From assembly GCA_051294375.1 (NCBI GenBank), contig CM119269.1, forward strand, positions 19,940,657 through 20,004,656: a DNA stretch of 64,000 nucleotides. The letters run 5' to 3'. The notes beneath the pieces were generated by a model, which saw nothing but the letters and a program-made list of their open reading frames with translations, ran no database searches and was not told the DNA's origin. The stretch's first letter is position 1. Every line of letters starts with the position of its first letter. Position numbers and translations under genes: made by a program. Of this stretch, positions 28,277 to 41,908 are shown one piece after another. Origin of the DNA: Paraspadella gotoi (taxonomy: Eukaryota > Animalia > Chaetognatha).

Positions 28277-29820
28277 GCCTATAGTCGATAATGCTGAGGT
28301 TCATTGGGCGTGGTGGTAGAGTAGACGACAAGGCGTTTCTCCAAACTACTTTCAACGAGGTGTTTGGTCTGCTGCGGCGGCAACTATTTAAGAGAAAAAA
28401 AAATTAAGCGTTTATTTTTTTTTTTCTTTTCGCTAAATTTCATTTGATTACTAGTTGTCATAGTCAAAGCCAAAATTCATTATCCTACTCTTTGACCACA
28501 TCCTTTGCTACAGTTTCTTGTGTGAAGACAATCTTATGAAGCGAATCGCTTCAAGCAATAATTAACAATTTATCCAAAAAAAAAAGGCCTAAATTCTATT
28601 GAGCTCCAATGAATTTATTTCTCCTTGATTTAGTTTTTTACGACCTTATAAAAATATTTGCCTACTGACAGATAGTTCAAAAACGTCTTTAAAACAAAAT
28701 AAGTCAGACTATCTAAAAGTTTATTAACTAGTACAAAATTCATAGCTAGTGAACATAGAGAGTACTCGCTCTTACGCCACCAGGTTTGCGCAAAAAAATG
28801 TGTTTCTACAACTTCCCCCCCGAAACTTACTCGAAATATCCGATAACGCGGTAAGGAAACTCGGAATTTTTTTTAATCGCGATGAAGTCGTGGAGTTCGT
28901 TCCTCCGCTTGTTGACGCCTTCCACGAGCTTCTCCATATTTCCCCCGAAGGTTCGAGCATAGACTTCGGTCTCGACCTTGTCAACATCAGGCGTCAGACC
29001 AAGCTTTCGAACCGCTGCCGCAAAAAACTCGGACGAAAAATTAGCTTTCAGGTAAAACTGGAACCAGGCGAAATTGAAACGATCCTCGAAACTCTCGAAA
29101 ACCTATGAGGAACGAAAAACAAATAAGTATAAAACGTATGTATAGTATAGGGTGGAGTGATGAAAAGATTGAGGGATGGAACATTGTTTTTTTTTTTTGC
29201 TGTCTTTATATAAGTAATAAAAAATAATTAAGCCCTTTTTCAAAGAAATTTTATATGACAGCATCCTTAATTGAATTTTAAAATTTTAAAATCATCAAAT
29301 TTTAAAATCATATTTTTTTAAAGTTTAAGATTCGCTGGAAAAAACTGACATTTTTTTGGTAAAATATATTTAATGATATTTTTAAGTTAAAGCTGCGAAA
29401 AATGACTAAAACGTTTCATCATATAATAGTTTCTACTACAGATCGTGAAAAAGTGAAGAATTTTAACCTTTTTTTCCATTTTTGACGCTGAAGACATGGG
29501 AATTTTTAATAACATATTTTATATTTTTGATATAACTTTTTATGAAGAATCAGAAACTTTAATAAAAATTTTAAAAAATTATTTTGAAAATTTATTATTT
29601 TATAAGGATATTACTATAAATATATTGTAATAATGATACTGTTCCCCAAACAATACAAGCAAAATATTTTTTGTACTCCTTAATCCTCAATTAAAGATTT
29701 ATAAATAATCCGATACGAACGAAAGGCGCACCTGCTATATGACGTAGGTGTGAAAAAAATAAACATCACCTATTAGAGCTTTTGGTTCATTTATCCAATA
29801 TTCAATATTCATTATTTCAA

Positions 29821-29900
29821 TTATTCATTCATTCATTCATTCATTCATTCATTCATTCATTCATTCATTCATTCATTCATTCATTCATTCATTCATTTAT
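29821..29900. repeat. (ATTC)n microsatellite
   Basis: Seen directly; intronic. Confidence 0.95.
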
Positions 29901-32900
29901 TGATTCATATATTTCCATTATAATTACATAAAATACAACGAAATTTTTATATAAAACTCACCTTGAAATTTGAAATACGTACGGCCATTTCCTGACTTTT
30001 ATTTATTTTGCTGAGCCATATACTCGCATATTTCTCATGTTTATTCGCAGGCATCACAGAAACTATAAGGTTTCTCAATAATCGCTTTCTTTGTCTATTT
30101 TTGGCGTCAACCAAATCGATGTCCAAAACTCCTCTCGGTCCTTGGAACTGCGCCACGGCCGGGACATTCCACCGGGTCCCGACGGCCAAGGTCCATGACG
30201 TGACATTTCCCGCACCAGCGACAATTTCTATCTCCAAGAAAAGGCGGCAGATGTGACGCGGGTGTTGAAAGCGGAAATCAAAAAGAGTTTGCACTTGGGT
30301 TCCGTTCCATCGAAATGTGGCGCCGTTCGGAGAAACGACGTCCATCACCTCTTCTTCGATGCGTACATTCGTCTCCTTTCTCAGTATAACAAAGGAATAG
30401 TCATTGAGATGGACCAACTGGGTAGGATTTTCAAAGTTGCCTGCGGCCTGCAAGAGGACCTCTCTCTTGGAGCAAAGGGCACCATGGTTCAAAACCGATC
30501 GGCCAGATAGAGCCAGCTCGGCGTGGTACAGGCTCTGGAGAACGTTGAACCATCGAATCTTCTCGATCGACGTTGTTTCTTTGATATCGTTAAGGTAAGT
30601 TAGGAATTAAGAGGACAACCATACTGCGTAAATTTATGTAAAAAATAGAAAGTAAATGTATTATTAACCAAATAAATTTTTTTTTGCCGCCCCAATGACC
30701 CTTACCCTGTTTGGTTGCGGCGTTAATAATCCATTCGAAATTTTGTTTTAATCTGATATGTGCAGCGCTGCATGGCTTGGCTGCGCTTCAGACTTTCAAA
30801 AGACGATTCAAGTGAATGAACGATGTCGTCGTTCTGTGTACATGTCCATAAGAAGGCAGTTTGAATTTCTAGCAACATGACATACTAGTACATTTTTTCT
30901 TCCCGTTTTACCCCGGAAAAACCTGTTTTGCTCTTCACGAAGAAACAGAAGTCGATAATCGCTCGTGAATCACCATATTCGCTTCTCGGAGGCGGAAGTT
31001 TCACTGACGAAGTGACTCTTGCCTTCGGACGTGCCGAACGCGAAGTTCTTTCAATGAGGGTCGCAGAGGTCAGATCTGAGGAGAGAAGGAGGAATTGGAA
31101 ATCATTCGTAAGACCATGAAGTTTAGATATGCGCACGCGGGCCGGTGTGCTAAAACCCCTAATAATGACCCACTCGTCGGCAAAAATACTTTATTTTCCC
31201 AACAATTGTGAACAAAATATTTTTCGTTCTTTCTGTTTATATGTAATTAGATTTAATCGATATTAATCGATAAATGGAATTGCTCCTTACCGTTGAAAGG
31301 AAAATAATACATGGCTTCAAAATAGTTTTGGAAATTTTTGCAATCGTTTGTGACAATAGAGTCGATCATTCATGTGCGCAAGTACGGCCGACCGTTCGCG
31401 CGGACGTCTTGTCCACGTGAGTTATCGTACGGATTTAGCACTATGCGCCCTTGGAAGGGGGGAAACAGACGACTTATAAATTTAGAATGATTTTATTTCC
31501 GAACTAAATAGATGTAAAATTTTGTGCAAATAATAGGGAGGCTTTGAGAGAAACTTAAGTCCTTGATTATCGATAAGAAGATTAAAGAAAATGCAGTAAG
31601 CATGTTCAGACATTTCGACGAACCTCCTGATTTTGTTCAATGAGAACTTAAACATTTATTTTCATATCCTTCAAGGATAACAACATTGAACCTTTTTAAA
31701 CCGACGTCCACGAACTTCTCGTCAACGAAATCGGAGTCGTCGGCGAGGACTTCGAGTCGATTTCTCCATGAGTCGACGACTCGTTGGAGGCTGGGATGGA
31801 GTTGCGGTGGTGGACCGTTGGCTGGTGGACGTTGGGAGTTAAAATAGTTGGTTGGGCACCGAAGTTACAAACACCCAATTTAATGCAATGATGAACTAAA
31901 CTTTCACTCCCAAGTTTCTCTCTTACTTTTTAGTATTTACTGCGATCTCTTGCTCTCTGCTCTCGTACTGCTTCTCGGTCTGTGTCTCTCTCTACCTCTC
32001 GGCATCTAGTCTTCTCTCTCTCATCTCTCGTCATCTATTATTCTCTCTGCTGCTCTCTATATCTCTGCTCTGCCCGTCCCTCGAACACACCTTCTCCCAC
32101 CATTTTTAACATCTTCCTTTCCACGTCGATGAAAAGACCAAAGACGACGACCGAAAGGACGACGACGACGAAAAGCGTCACCCAGCGACGCTGCAGCGCC
32201 GAGTATTCCTCCGACGCCGCGATCCGGCTCCGTAAGAAGTAAACCCGGCGCTGTGTTGGCGTCATTATGGCTACGGCGAGTCGGCGTCGTCTTCGCTGAC
32301 TGACCCGGCGTGCGATGGAAGCCGAAGGCGCCGTTGCGGAGTTGGTGAATACGACGTTCATCTTTAATCTTTTTTTTTTCCTTTTATTGTAACGTTGTTT
32401 TTGTTTTAAAATATAATTTTGAAAATATTTAACTCTAATTTAAATACAAATAATTTAAAAATAAAGATATATTTGATAATCAAATAAAGACGTACATTAG
32501 AAATGGTCTTAATAATTTTGTACGTTCCGCCTCTCAAAAAAAAAAAAAGGAAAAGGAGGTAAAAAAGTTTTCGGAGAATAAATTTTAAGGGCGGAATTCC
32601 AAGAGTTCAAGATAAAAAGTGGTTTCAGGTTTTCTTTTGAATGATTACGACAAGTGTACAAGTATGTATGAATAAATAAAAATAGAGAATATATGATTGT
32701 CTTTGTATAGGTATAAATAAGTATAAGTATAACTATTTCAAAATTATAATTCTTTGATAATTAATTCAAATGCGAATGAAACAAATACAGAATTAATATG
32801 AATTAATGCATAAATGAACAATTAATTAAATAAATAAAAAATAGATAGATATATATATATATATATTTGTAAAAAATAACTGAATGAATATATAAACGAA

Positions 32901-33649
32901 TCACTTTATGTTATCATTTAAAGCGATATTTTCTGCTTTTTTTAACTCGCATTTAGGGGTAAATGTGACAGGTGACTAATTCCCTCATCGCTTCAATTAA
33001 AGAAACGAAGTCAGAGAAGCGGAAAAAGAGATGAACATTTTATTTCTTGATGTTTTCTTCGTGATGAGTTCGACGAAACTTTTCTAGAGAAGTCTATCAT
33101 ATGGAAGAGTTTAAACAAAAAAAAAGAAAGATAAGTAAAGTAAACGATTACTGTATATTTCAAAATTCTTAGCCTTTTTCAACCGATTGAAACCCTTTCC
33201 TTTTTAAATATAATTGATAAGGAAGCCAGGTACTCTGGGAGTGAATAAACTAGACTGTGAGAGAGTCTTGATTGAAAGCTTGCAGGGACCTGCGATGTCA
33301 TTATCTTGTAAGAGTGATGGAGTCCTTAAACCACCAAAGCCTGTCCAAAGTCAGGGGCCAGATAGCTTATTTATTAAATGAATGGATAATTTTTATATTG
33401 GTTGTACCAATTTCATATTCTTCTAACCAGTGTGAGGAAGCGTTTCTTCCCATTTACCACCACAATCAGCCCTCATGCCCTCAAATTTGTCACTCTTTTT
33501 ATCTCTCGTCTCTCTCTTTTTTCGCGAATCGTAAGTCGATTCCCAACTTCTCTCCCCTTATTAAAAATCCCTCTAAGGGGAGACAGCAATCATTAGATGC
33601 ATTTGCGATTCCTTCGCCGAGATTCATCGACTCGAAAAAAGAGAGCTGG

Positions 33650-33920
33650 AAAAATCATTGGTTGAAACAGAAGAACATCTCGATTCTCGACAAACATTGG
33701 TCGAGTTTGCAGACGTTCTTGACAATGATTGGTTGAATCACAAGAAAATCTCTTCAATGATTTGTTGAATCACATTGAGATAGACCTGATTTGGAAAAAG
33801 ACTTTGACAACTATTGGTCGAGTCAGAAAATCTTGACAACTATTAGATGAGACGACTATGAGATCTCGGCAATCAAAAATTGAATCGGAAAATGAACTTG
33901 ACAATCACAAAGGGAATCAA
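33650..33920. repeat. Degenerate ~30-bp minisatellite
   Basis: Recurrent units resembling tcttgacaa(t/c)nattggt(t/c)ga(a/g)tca. Confidence 0.55.
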
Positions 33921-34084
33921 TATTTGTTAAAAAATATATATCAATTTATTAAAATATATCAATAAGAAAACAATTATTGCAAGAATCCAAATCTCGACAT
34001 TTATCGGTTAGGTCAAATTTTTATATTTATTTTTTTAAATTTTTTTTATTTTTTTTTGTATTTTGTATTTTGTATTTTTTTTTT

Positions 34085-34095
34085 ATTTATTTAAT

Positions 34096-34186
<91 letters not shown>

Positions 34187-34228
34187 TATATTTATTTATA
34201 TATTTATTTATTTTTTATTTATTTATTT
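34085..34228. repeat. (TTTA)n microsatellite
   Basis: Seen directly. Confidence 0.95.
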
Positions 34229-35405
34229 TACTATACCTATTACATATTACATATTTTTAATTTTCTTTCCTCTCCCTTCCTTCGTTCTCTACGTATCAAA
34301 CCCAGAAATTCAAAAACTTTTTCTCTTCCTTCGTTCTCTCCGTCCGCGCTCGTCCTTCGGCGCGACAGTTTTTTCCTTCTCTCTCTCTCTCCGAATCATC
34401 TCTGCTCTCTTCTCTCCCATCAGAGTGCGTAGTGAGAGCGCGCGTGCGAACTGTGCGCCGCCCGACGCGTAGCGCTCGTCCGAGCTTGACGTGCGCCGGG
34501 TGACGGAGAGGTAATGAAGGGGGGGGGGCAGCGCTAGTACAAAACTCCGCGAAAGAGAGTTGTCGTCGTTGACGTCGTCGCTGTCGTCGCTTTCGTCGTC
34601 GCCGACTTCACAATCGTCGTCGTTGCGGCTGAAAAATCGACAACTAAAAATGTAACAAACTGAAAAAAAATCCTATAATTTGGTGTCGCGCGCTTTGTAG
34701 ATTTCTATGATTAATTTTTTCTGACGAGATTCTCAGAAATAAACAATTTTAACTTGATTTAATTGCCTTGTTGTTTATTAACTTTATTAACTTTTAACTA
34801 CTAAGTTATAAATCTCCGTTTAACTATGAAGTAAAAAAAAGTCATTCAAAATATTTTCGTATGTTAGTTTTTATCAATATAGTATTTTAGTTATAATATA
34901 ATTAACATTTTCAACATTCACCAACGTTCACGTGAGCAACGCAAACCAGTAACAAAGATGGCGACGATGTTAAGTGCCTTCTCGGTGACTTGGTCCCGCC
35001 CATCAAAAACACCATCATCATTAACATCAAATGAATGCAGTCATTTGGAACAAAGAATGTTTCGTTTGACTTAATTTGAATATTTTCTGTACTTTGAAAA
35101 AAAAAAAGACAACCAAAAAGTAAATCGAACAAAAGAAAAAGACAAGAGGAAAATTCCGGTGAAAATCGATTAAAAAAAGTAAAAGAAAAAACGTGTTCAT
35201 TTTCGTCATCAAAATTACTTAGATCCTAACAACCTCCAGTAAAAAGAAGGAGAATAATCTTTCCTGCCAACGAAAACGGTCGATTCATCTCTTTTGTTCC
35301 TTTTTTTTTTTTATAAAACATCTTTTCGAAACCAGAAATTTTTTCTTTTTAATCCACGTCGCAGATTTTATCGACGCTACATTAGTTTTACATTCTTTCC
35401 CTCTC

Positions 35406-35462
<57 letters not shown>

Positions 35463-35660
35463 TCTTCTCTCTCTCTCTCTCTTCCACTCTCACACTCTCG
35501 GACGATTCAAATTCTTGAGAAAAGCCAGAGGAGAAAAATGGGGCGGTTCTGTTTAATCGTTGGAATCATTCTTTTTTCCGACTGAGAGCGACAGATAGCC
35601 GTGAGATTGGAAGGCGAATAGTGAGAAATGAATGCGGGAGATGGAGAGGGAGAGGTTTAT

Positions 35661-35696
<36 letters not shown>

Positions 35697-38028
35697 GACA
35701 GACAGACAGAGAGACATGACAATTGTGGACATCTTCTCCTGATATACGATAAGAATCATTTCATGGTGCGATAATGTCGCCCATATGTCTCTTCATAAGG
35801 AGAAAACTGTTGCCTCATTCTCGCGGCAGACAAACAGATGTTGCAATGTCTCGCAGAGCGATGGGAGTATTAATGCTGTCGTCGGTGCTCTCGAATCTAA
35901 TATCGACGCCAAAGGACATTGCCACATGTCGTGGCCAAATGTTGTTGACAATGTCGTCTCCATACGACTTTGCCCTTTTACCAATGAGGAACAGACTGAC
36001 TGACCAAGCGGCCACATATCGACCATGCGACCACAAGAATTCCATTTTGTTCCCGCTTCTACAACACAACTCCCGATTTCATTTTTTAAAATTATTTTAA
36101 TAAACGTACGATTTGTTTAATGTCATTATCATCCCCTTTCATTTGGGCTGGCTGCCAGCGGGATCGCTCCATTGTTAGCGAATTCCTTTTTGGGTTTTCA
36201 AAGGCGGAGTCCATGCGGAGGTTTACGATGTCTTTTTGTCCTTTCCAAAATTGTCATTGTCTTATTCGATAATATTGTCGTGTTGCTTTATGATGACAAC
36301 TTGTCGCCAGTAGTTGCTCGCAGCTTCGGAATTTTATTTCTTTCTCTCTCTCTCTCTCTCTCTCCCTCTCTCTCTTTCTCTTTCGTTCATAAACTTTGCT
36401 TACGAAGCAAGAAAACCAAACCTTAGTTGCTTTTCATATTCACCTATTCTCTATTTAGTTTTCCTGAACCTCTCTTCTTTCGATTACAATGTATTACAAT
36501 GTATTCATGTACAATGTATATTTTGAAAAGTGGAGGAATATTTATTATTTATTTAACTTATTTATCGTTATTTTTTCATTCACTTCAGATACATTTACCT
36601 TAAAAGTCTCAAAAAGACCCAGACGCATCCCATCTTCCAAAATATAGTTCTATTCCCAAACGATTGACGAGAAGCAAAAAGACGTCGGATAAAGTGGCTT
36701 AAGTATAGCTAATTAAGTATCATTTCTGTTAGTGACAGGCTGCTGAAAGTTTTCCGAATGCTTCTACCCTCCAACTCCGACTCCGAATACCATAAAAAGA
36801 AAAAGAAAATTAAGTTTTAAAAGAAAAACTTGAAAAAAAAAAAAATCATCAATTCGATTCCAATTTTGTTTCCGCGAATTTCCTCGATTGGTGTCGATTA
36901 AACAAGAGAAAAAACAAGAATCGCGATGCGTTGATAGTCATTTGTCCTTCCTTATTTGAATGATTCGGAAATTCATATACCATTTTGATGAATTTGTTTA
37001 TAAAATTAAAAATTGACTATTCTCAAATAAATTCTTCAAATCGAAAAGCCTTTGACGATAAAGAACCGACCAAAAACAACTTCATTTAGATTTGCGTCGA
37101 CGCATCGGTGTAAACAAAAAAGACGACAGAAAAGAAGCGAGTTTTTTTTTTTCTTCCGATTTTCTGCGGCGAAAGTTAATCGGAGACAAAAACGAAGCGT
37201 CAAACACAGTGATTCTCTTCCGAAAGAAATCCCAGACGAATGACGTGCGTCAGGGGGCGTTAACTGTGGAGATGGGGATCCGCGGTTGGGACTTTGACAA
37301 AATGCCGGGTTTTAATTTAAAAGCTCGATTTTATTTAACCCTCGATTTGGTTTTTTTTTTCCCTTTAACGTCTCGCTGCTCTTTAAATTTGCCAAAATAA
37401 AGTGAAGATTCGCCCGAAAACGAAATTGATCAACATCAGAGTTCGAATTAGTGTCGAGAGCCATTTTAAAGAAAATTTCGTTTAACTTTTAAGCCGGATA
37501 ATTTTTTTTAACTGTCACCATTTATCGCATTACGATCGCAAATGTTATATATCAGTGAAATATCTCAAATGAAAATATACAATTTCCGAATATTGATTTT
37601 TATAAAAACGCCCCATCGTCTGGCTTAATCTGAATTTCACAAAACGAGTCGCCGTTGACAAGTCAAAAGCATAATGAAACCAACTGCACCACCCTACCTC
37701 CTGTAAAAGCATCCCCACCGATTTCTTGCCAATGAATACATCAATAAATTGATCCTTTGTATAAAACATTCCCAAACTTTCATGTCAAACTAGAAATGCA
37801 AAGAGATCCAAGCAATCACGTGCCAACCAATCATTCCGATTAAAGCATCTCCAATCCTATCAACAATGCTATCCACCGAAATCGATATGTTACGCACCAG
37901 TTACCTAATACCTCCTTCGAGTATCATCGAATCCACCCTAACCGCTTTCGCAAAGCATCAACCGGTTCCACGCCCCCACCTTTTCGATCCACTTCGATTC
38001 CACGTCAAAGACGACGGCAACGACACCA

Positions 38029-38062
<34 letters not shown>

Positions 38063-38149
38063 CGCTTCTTTCATTTTCAGTCGACGACGCGTAAATAAAA
38101 GGCGACGTCAAATAAAACCGTGAAATCCTCGTTTCTCGCGTCTCCGATG

Positions 38150-38262
38150 CCCTTCTGTTTCTTCTTCTTTTTTCTTCTCTTTCTTTTCTTTCTCTGCTCT
38201 TTCTTCTTCTTTTCTTCTCTTTCTTCTCTTTCTTCTTCTTCTTTTCTTCTCTCCTTCTTCTG

Positions 38263-38293
<31 letters not shown>

Positions 38294-39260
38294 CTTCTTT
38301 TCTTTCTCTTTCTTCTCCTTCTTCTTCTTTTTCTTCTCTTTTCTTCTGTTTCTTTCTTCTTTTTCTTTCTTTCTTCTTCTTGTTTCTTCTTCTTTTTCTC
38401 TTCTCTTCTTCCTTCTTTTTTTCTTCTTCTTTCTTCTTCTTTTCTTCTTCTTTTTCTTTCTGTCTTTCTTCTGTGTTTCTTCTTCTTTTTTTGTTTCTTC
38501 TTCTTTTTTTACCTTCTCTTTATTCTGTTTCTTCTTCTTTTTTCTTCTATTTCTTCTTCTTTTTTCTTCTGTTTATTCTTCTTTTTTCTCCTTCCTTCCT
38601 TCTTCTGCTTCCCCTTTATCTTCTTCTGTTTCTCCTCTTTTTCTGTTTCTCCTCATTTTTTTACTTTACCCTTTGTTTCGGATTCTGTTTCTAATCCTGT
38701 TTCTCCTTTTGCCTCATCCTATTTTTTCTCCCGTTTTTTCTTGTTTTCTTTTTTTCCGCTTCTGTTTCTCCTTCTCTTTCCCTTTCGGTTTTCCCTTCTG
38801 TCTCTCCTGTTTCTCTTTATATTTTATCATTGTGTCCTTTCCTTTCTGGATTCCGTTTTCCTGTCTGTTTCAACTTGATCCTATTTTGGTTTATTCCTCA
38901 ATTTCTTCTTCCTGTTTCTTCTTCCATCTCTTTTACGTCGTTTTTGTATTGCTACTAGATCTCGTATTGTATCTTATAAAACATCTCGTTTCCTTTTGTA
39001 ATTTTTATTTGTCTCTATTCTTTTGTTGTTTTAAATCTCTAATTTTTCCAGTCAATTTTTTTCCTTAAGTTCGCCCTTTTTTTTCCCTTTTACTCCTTCT
39101 CCTGATTTTCTGTCAGCCACAGCGTTCTCCGTCTCCATCTCTATTCACTCTTTTATCCTTCTCCTTTTCTCCCTTTTGCTTCTTTTCTTTTGACATCGTT
39201 TCTCCTTTTTCTGTTTCTTCTTCTTCTTCTTCTTCTTCTTTTTCTGCTGCGTCTTTTTCT
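38150..39260. repeat. ~1.1-kb pyrimidine-rich (CTT/CT) low-complexity tract
   Basis: Strong C/T strand bias with degenerate ttc repeats. Confidence 0.85.
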
Positions 39261-41058
39261 GCCGCGGCCTTTTTGGTAGCGCAAGTCTTTTTTTTTTCGC
39301 CCTCTCTCCGACGCGAATCAGCTTCCCCCCATCAGAAAACCCGTTCGCTAACTCTCTCCTGCCAAACTCCGAAAGCCATCCAGATCCAGAATCCGCTTAG
39401 ACGACGACGACTCTCTCTCTCTCTCTCTTTCTCTCCTTTTCATCTCTGGTATCAGACGGACTCTTATCCCTTCTCTCTTTCACATAAATCTCCCTCTTTT
39501 CTCACAGTCGTTTCGTCGACTTCTCATACGATATCTTAGTATCACAGAACATTTTATCAACTATCTTTCTCATCTCCTAATATCATCCGTATCTTAGGTA
39601 TTTGCATTTCCTTCGGTTTTTGGGATTTTCTTCCTTTTCTTTTTTTCTTATTAATTTTTTTAAGATTTAAGAAAATATTATGGAGAATTATCCACGATTT
39701 TGTGGGTTATTTATCGTTTTCCATAGTTTCCTTGTTTTCGTCTCTCTTGCCTCGTTTTTGAATGATTTCGATTATTACAGGTCTTATCCAAAAACCGAAA
39801 ACAACTCGATATTTTTCTTTCCAAAAATCAACTCGGTCAGATGCCAAAATACCCATCGGATTTTAAAGACGTAATTAAATATTATAAATGAAAATAATAC
39901 GTCAAACGGAATAATACAAAAAATACGTAGTTACCCACATTCAATATTGAAGCATATTAAAAAAAAATTATGAAAATTATCGTGGTACAACGGTTTAACG
40001 ATTCATTGTAAAGGCCAAGAAAAATTGCTTCTGAATTTTTTCATAACTTGATGAGCAACTAACAACAACGAGGTCCGCCTACGCGGCCAGACCCTATAAA
40101 AAAGTCGGGGGGGGGGGCGATAGAGAAAAAGAGAGAAACTGGGTTGAGCGCTCAAACAGCGACGGTTGTATACACAAATGAACGCAGCGATCAAAGAATC
40201 TTTCTCCTCCTCTTTCCTCTCCGTCTCCCTTCTCTCTCTCTCTGTCTTCCCCCCACTTTTCTTCTCTCGTTCAGCTTCAACAACCATGGAAGATCACCCG
40301 CTTTGGCGCCGAAAAAGGGGCAGTTTTTTCTAAAGGGGGGGGGAGAGAATATTTATCCGTAATGACGCTTGTATAGAGATTGGGAAGAGAGGGTACGTGG
40401 CACGGGGCATGGGGTTGAAGAGGGGAAACGTTGACCGAGTTTACTTAGTCTGAAAGCCTTGAATGAATGTCGAGGGACAAACTGTAGACTTTTAATCTCT
40501 TCAATTGGAACTACATGGTGGTGCTTACTATAAACCTAAGCGAAAATTTGGGAACAAATAGAATCCTATCAAGTTTCGTTTTCGCACAAATATAACCAAA
40601 GGAAATACCGTATTTCAAAACTAAATCAGCGTATGATCAGTTGTAATCGACAGCCCTCTCCTCTGCGAGAAAAAAACCTCAAGATGCATTCATCACGTTC
40701 TCTTCGTGAGCTCGTAGCGGTAAAGGAAAAAGGCGTTAAACGAAATTCTCACGTCACATAAATCCGAACCCTAATCAAGCGATTCACGTGTTCCTCCAAA
40801 GAATTACCGCACATATTGAGTGATTCATGTCAACAAAATTATCATAACGAAAGCAAATCGACTCGAAAATAAACAGTAAAGAGTTTGGCTGTTGAACGTC
40901 GCGAAGGACGAATCACGAACTTGAATCTTTTTATTTTGTCCTTTCTCAAGAAATCGTTACGTCGCTCGGGGGCGACGATCGATCGAGGCGACATCTCGTC
41001 GCACGGGAAGAAAAAGAAACACGCAAACCAAAGATCGATGAAGATTAAGAAGACGGCA

Positions 41059-41908
41059 TAATTTTACTTTCGCCGACCGGAATTAGGGGGGGTTTAGGTT
41101 TAAGGGTAGTTTAAGGGTAAGGATAATTAAGATTAAAATGGTTTAAGATTATAGAAATAAAATATTTTTTGAAATATTTTTAAATAATGTTTTTAAAAAA
41201 CACCAAAACCTTGTCGGCAAAAAAAATGGCTAAATTTTACTTTCGTCGACCAGGGTGGGTTTTAAAAAAACTATTTAAAAATATGTTTTTTAAATTTAAT
41301 TAATTTCCTTAACCTTAAAATGCTTTTAACCCTAACCCAAAAAGCAATAACCAATAAAAATAAATGCTAAGTTTAAAAAAAAATATTTTGGTCGGATAAG
41401 CTTGCTAGTATTACTATGTAACAGCATTGCGATACCGACATAAATATAGTTTAAATAGCCAATAAAAATAAAATTTTAATTTTGCCGATGAAGGTTTTGG
41501 TATCTTTTAAAAAACATTTAAAAATATTTATTTTAAAAATATTGTGTTTTTTCCTTTCTGTTTCGTTGTGATTTGGTTTAGAACAAAGTTTGAAGAGAGA
41601 TTTAACAACGATTTTTATTTCATAATGAAACGGACATGTTTGCTCTGTCTCTCTCTCTCTCTCTCTCTCTTTCTTTATGCACAAAATTCTCTTCAAATTC
41701 ACAAATTGAATTGGCGCTGAAGAAGACTCGTATGTGAGTCGAAACATGTCCGTTTCACTATGAAATAAAAATCGTTGTTAAATCTCTCTTCAAACTTTGT
41801 TCTAAATTTTAAAAATAAAAATTTAAAATAATTATCCTACCCCTAATCCACCCCTAATCCACCCTTAGCCCTAAACTCCTCTCACCGCGGTCGGCGAAAA
41901 TAAAATTA
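41059..41908. mobile_element. MITE-like element with 21-bp TIRs and telomere-like subterminal repeats
   Basis: taattttactttcgccgaccg (41059) vs cggtcggcgaaaataaaatta (41888-41908), 20/21 match; ttaggg-like left and ccctaa-like right; related termini recur internally and at ~43515-43700. Confidence 0.65.
41581..41802. mobile_element. MITE with ~60-bp TIRs flanked by TA, nested in the previous element
   Basis: TA|gaacaaagtttgaagagagattt...aaatctctcttcaaactttgttc|TA; internal (CT)n. Confidence 0.8.

Larger units (their letters stand above)
26045..32361 (-). pseudogene. Multi-exon gene for a type II membrane protein of unknown family, disrupted by in-frame stops/frameshifts and a transposon insertion
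   Basis: Exons ~32361-32091 (signal-anchor WVTLFVVVVLSVVVFGLFI), ~31900-31600 (S/T/P stem), ~31450-31291, ~31160-30706, ~30623-29962, 29102-~28776, then ~28382-28277 continuing at ~26220-26045. GT-AG sites are in phase (ISNFK|VFESFED). Confidence 0.6.

Noticed and set aside
30600-31380. In-frame TAA/TAG/TGA suggesting a variant genetic code or selenocysteine
   Set aside because: All three stop types occur in one TE-disrupted gene, while other genes end normally at TAG/TAA; pseudogenisation or sequencing error is simpler.
33650-33920. CRISPR-like repeat-spacer array
   Set aside because: Units are degenerate without unique spacers, and the context is a spliced eukaryotic genome with no cas genes.
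35770-36100. Overlapping short ORFs on both strands
   Set aside because: No recognisable motif or consistent splice sites.
38120-39068. Long F/L/S-rich ORFs (252 aa etc.) and an E/K-rich antisense reading
   Set aside because: Products of a CTT-rich low-complexity tract; the antisense frames I read contain stops and I saw no convincing splice context.
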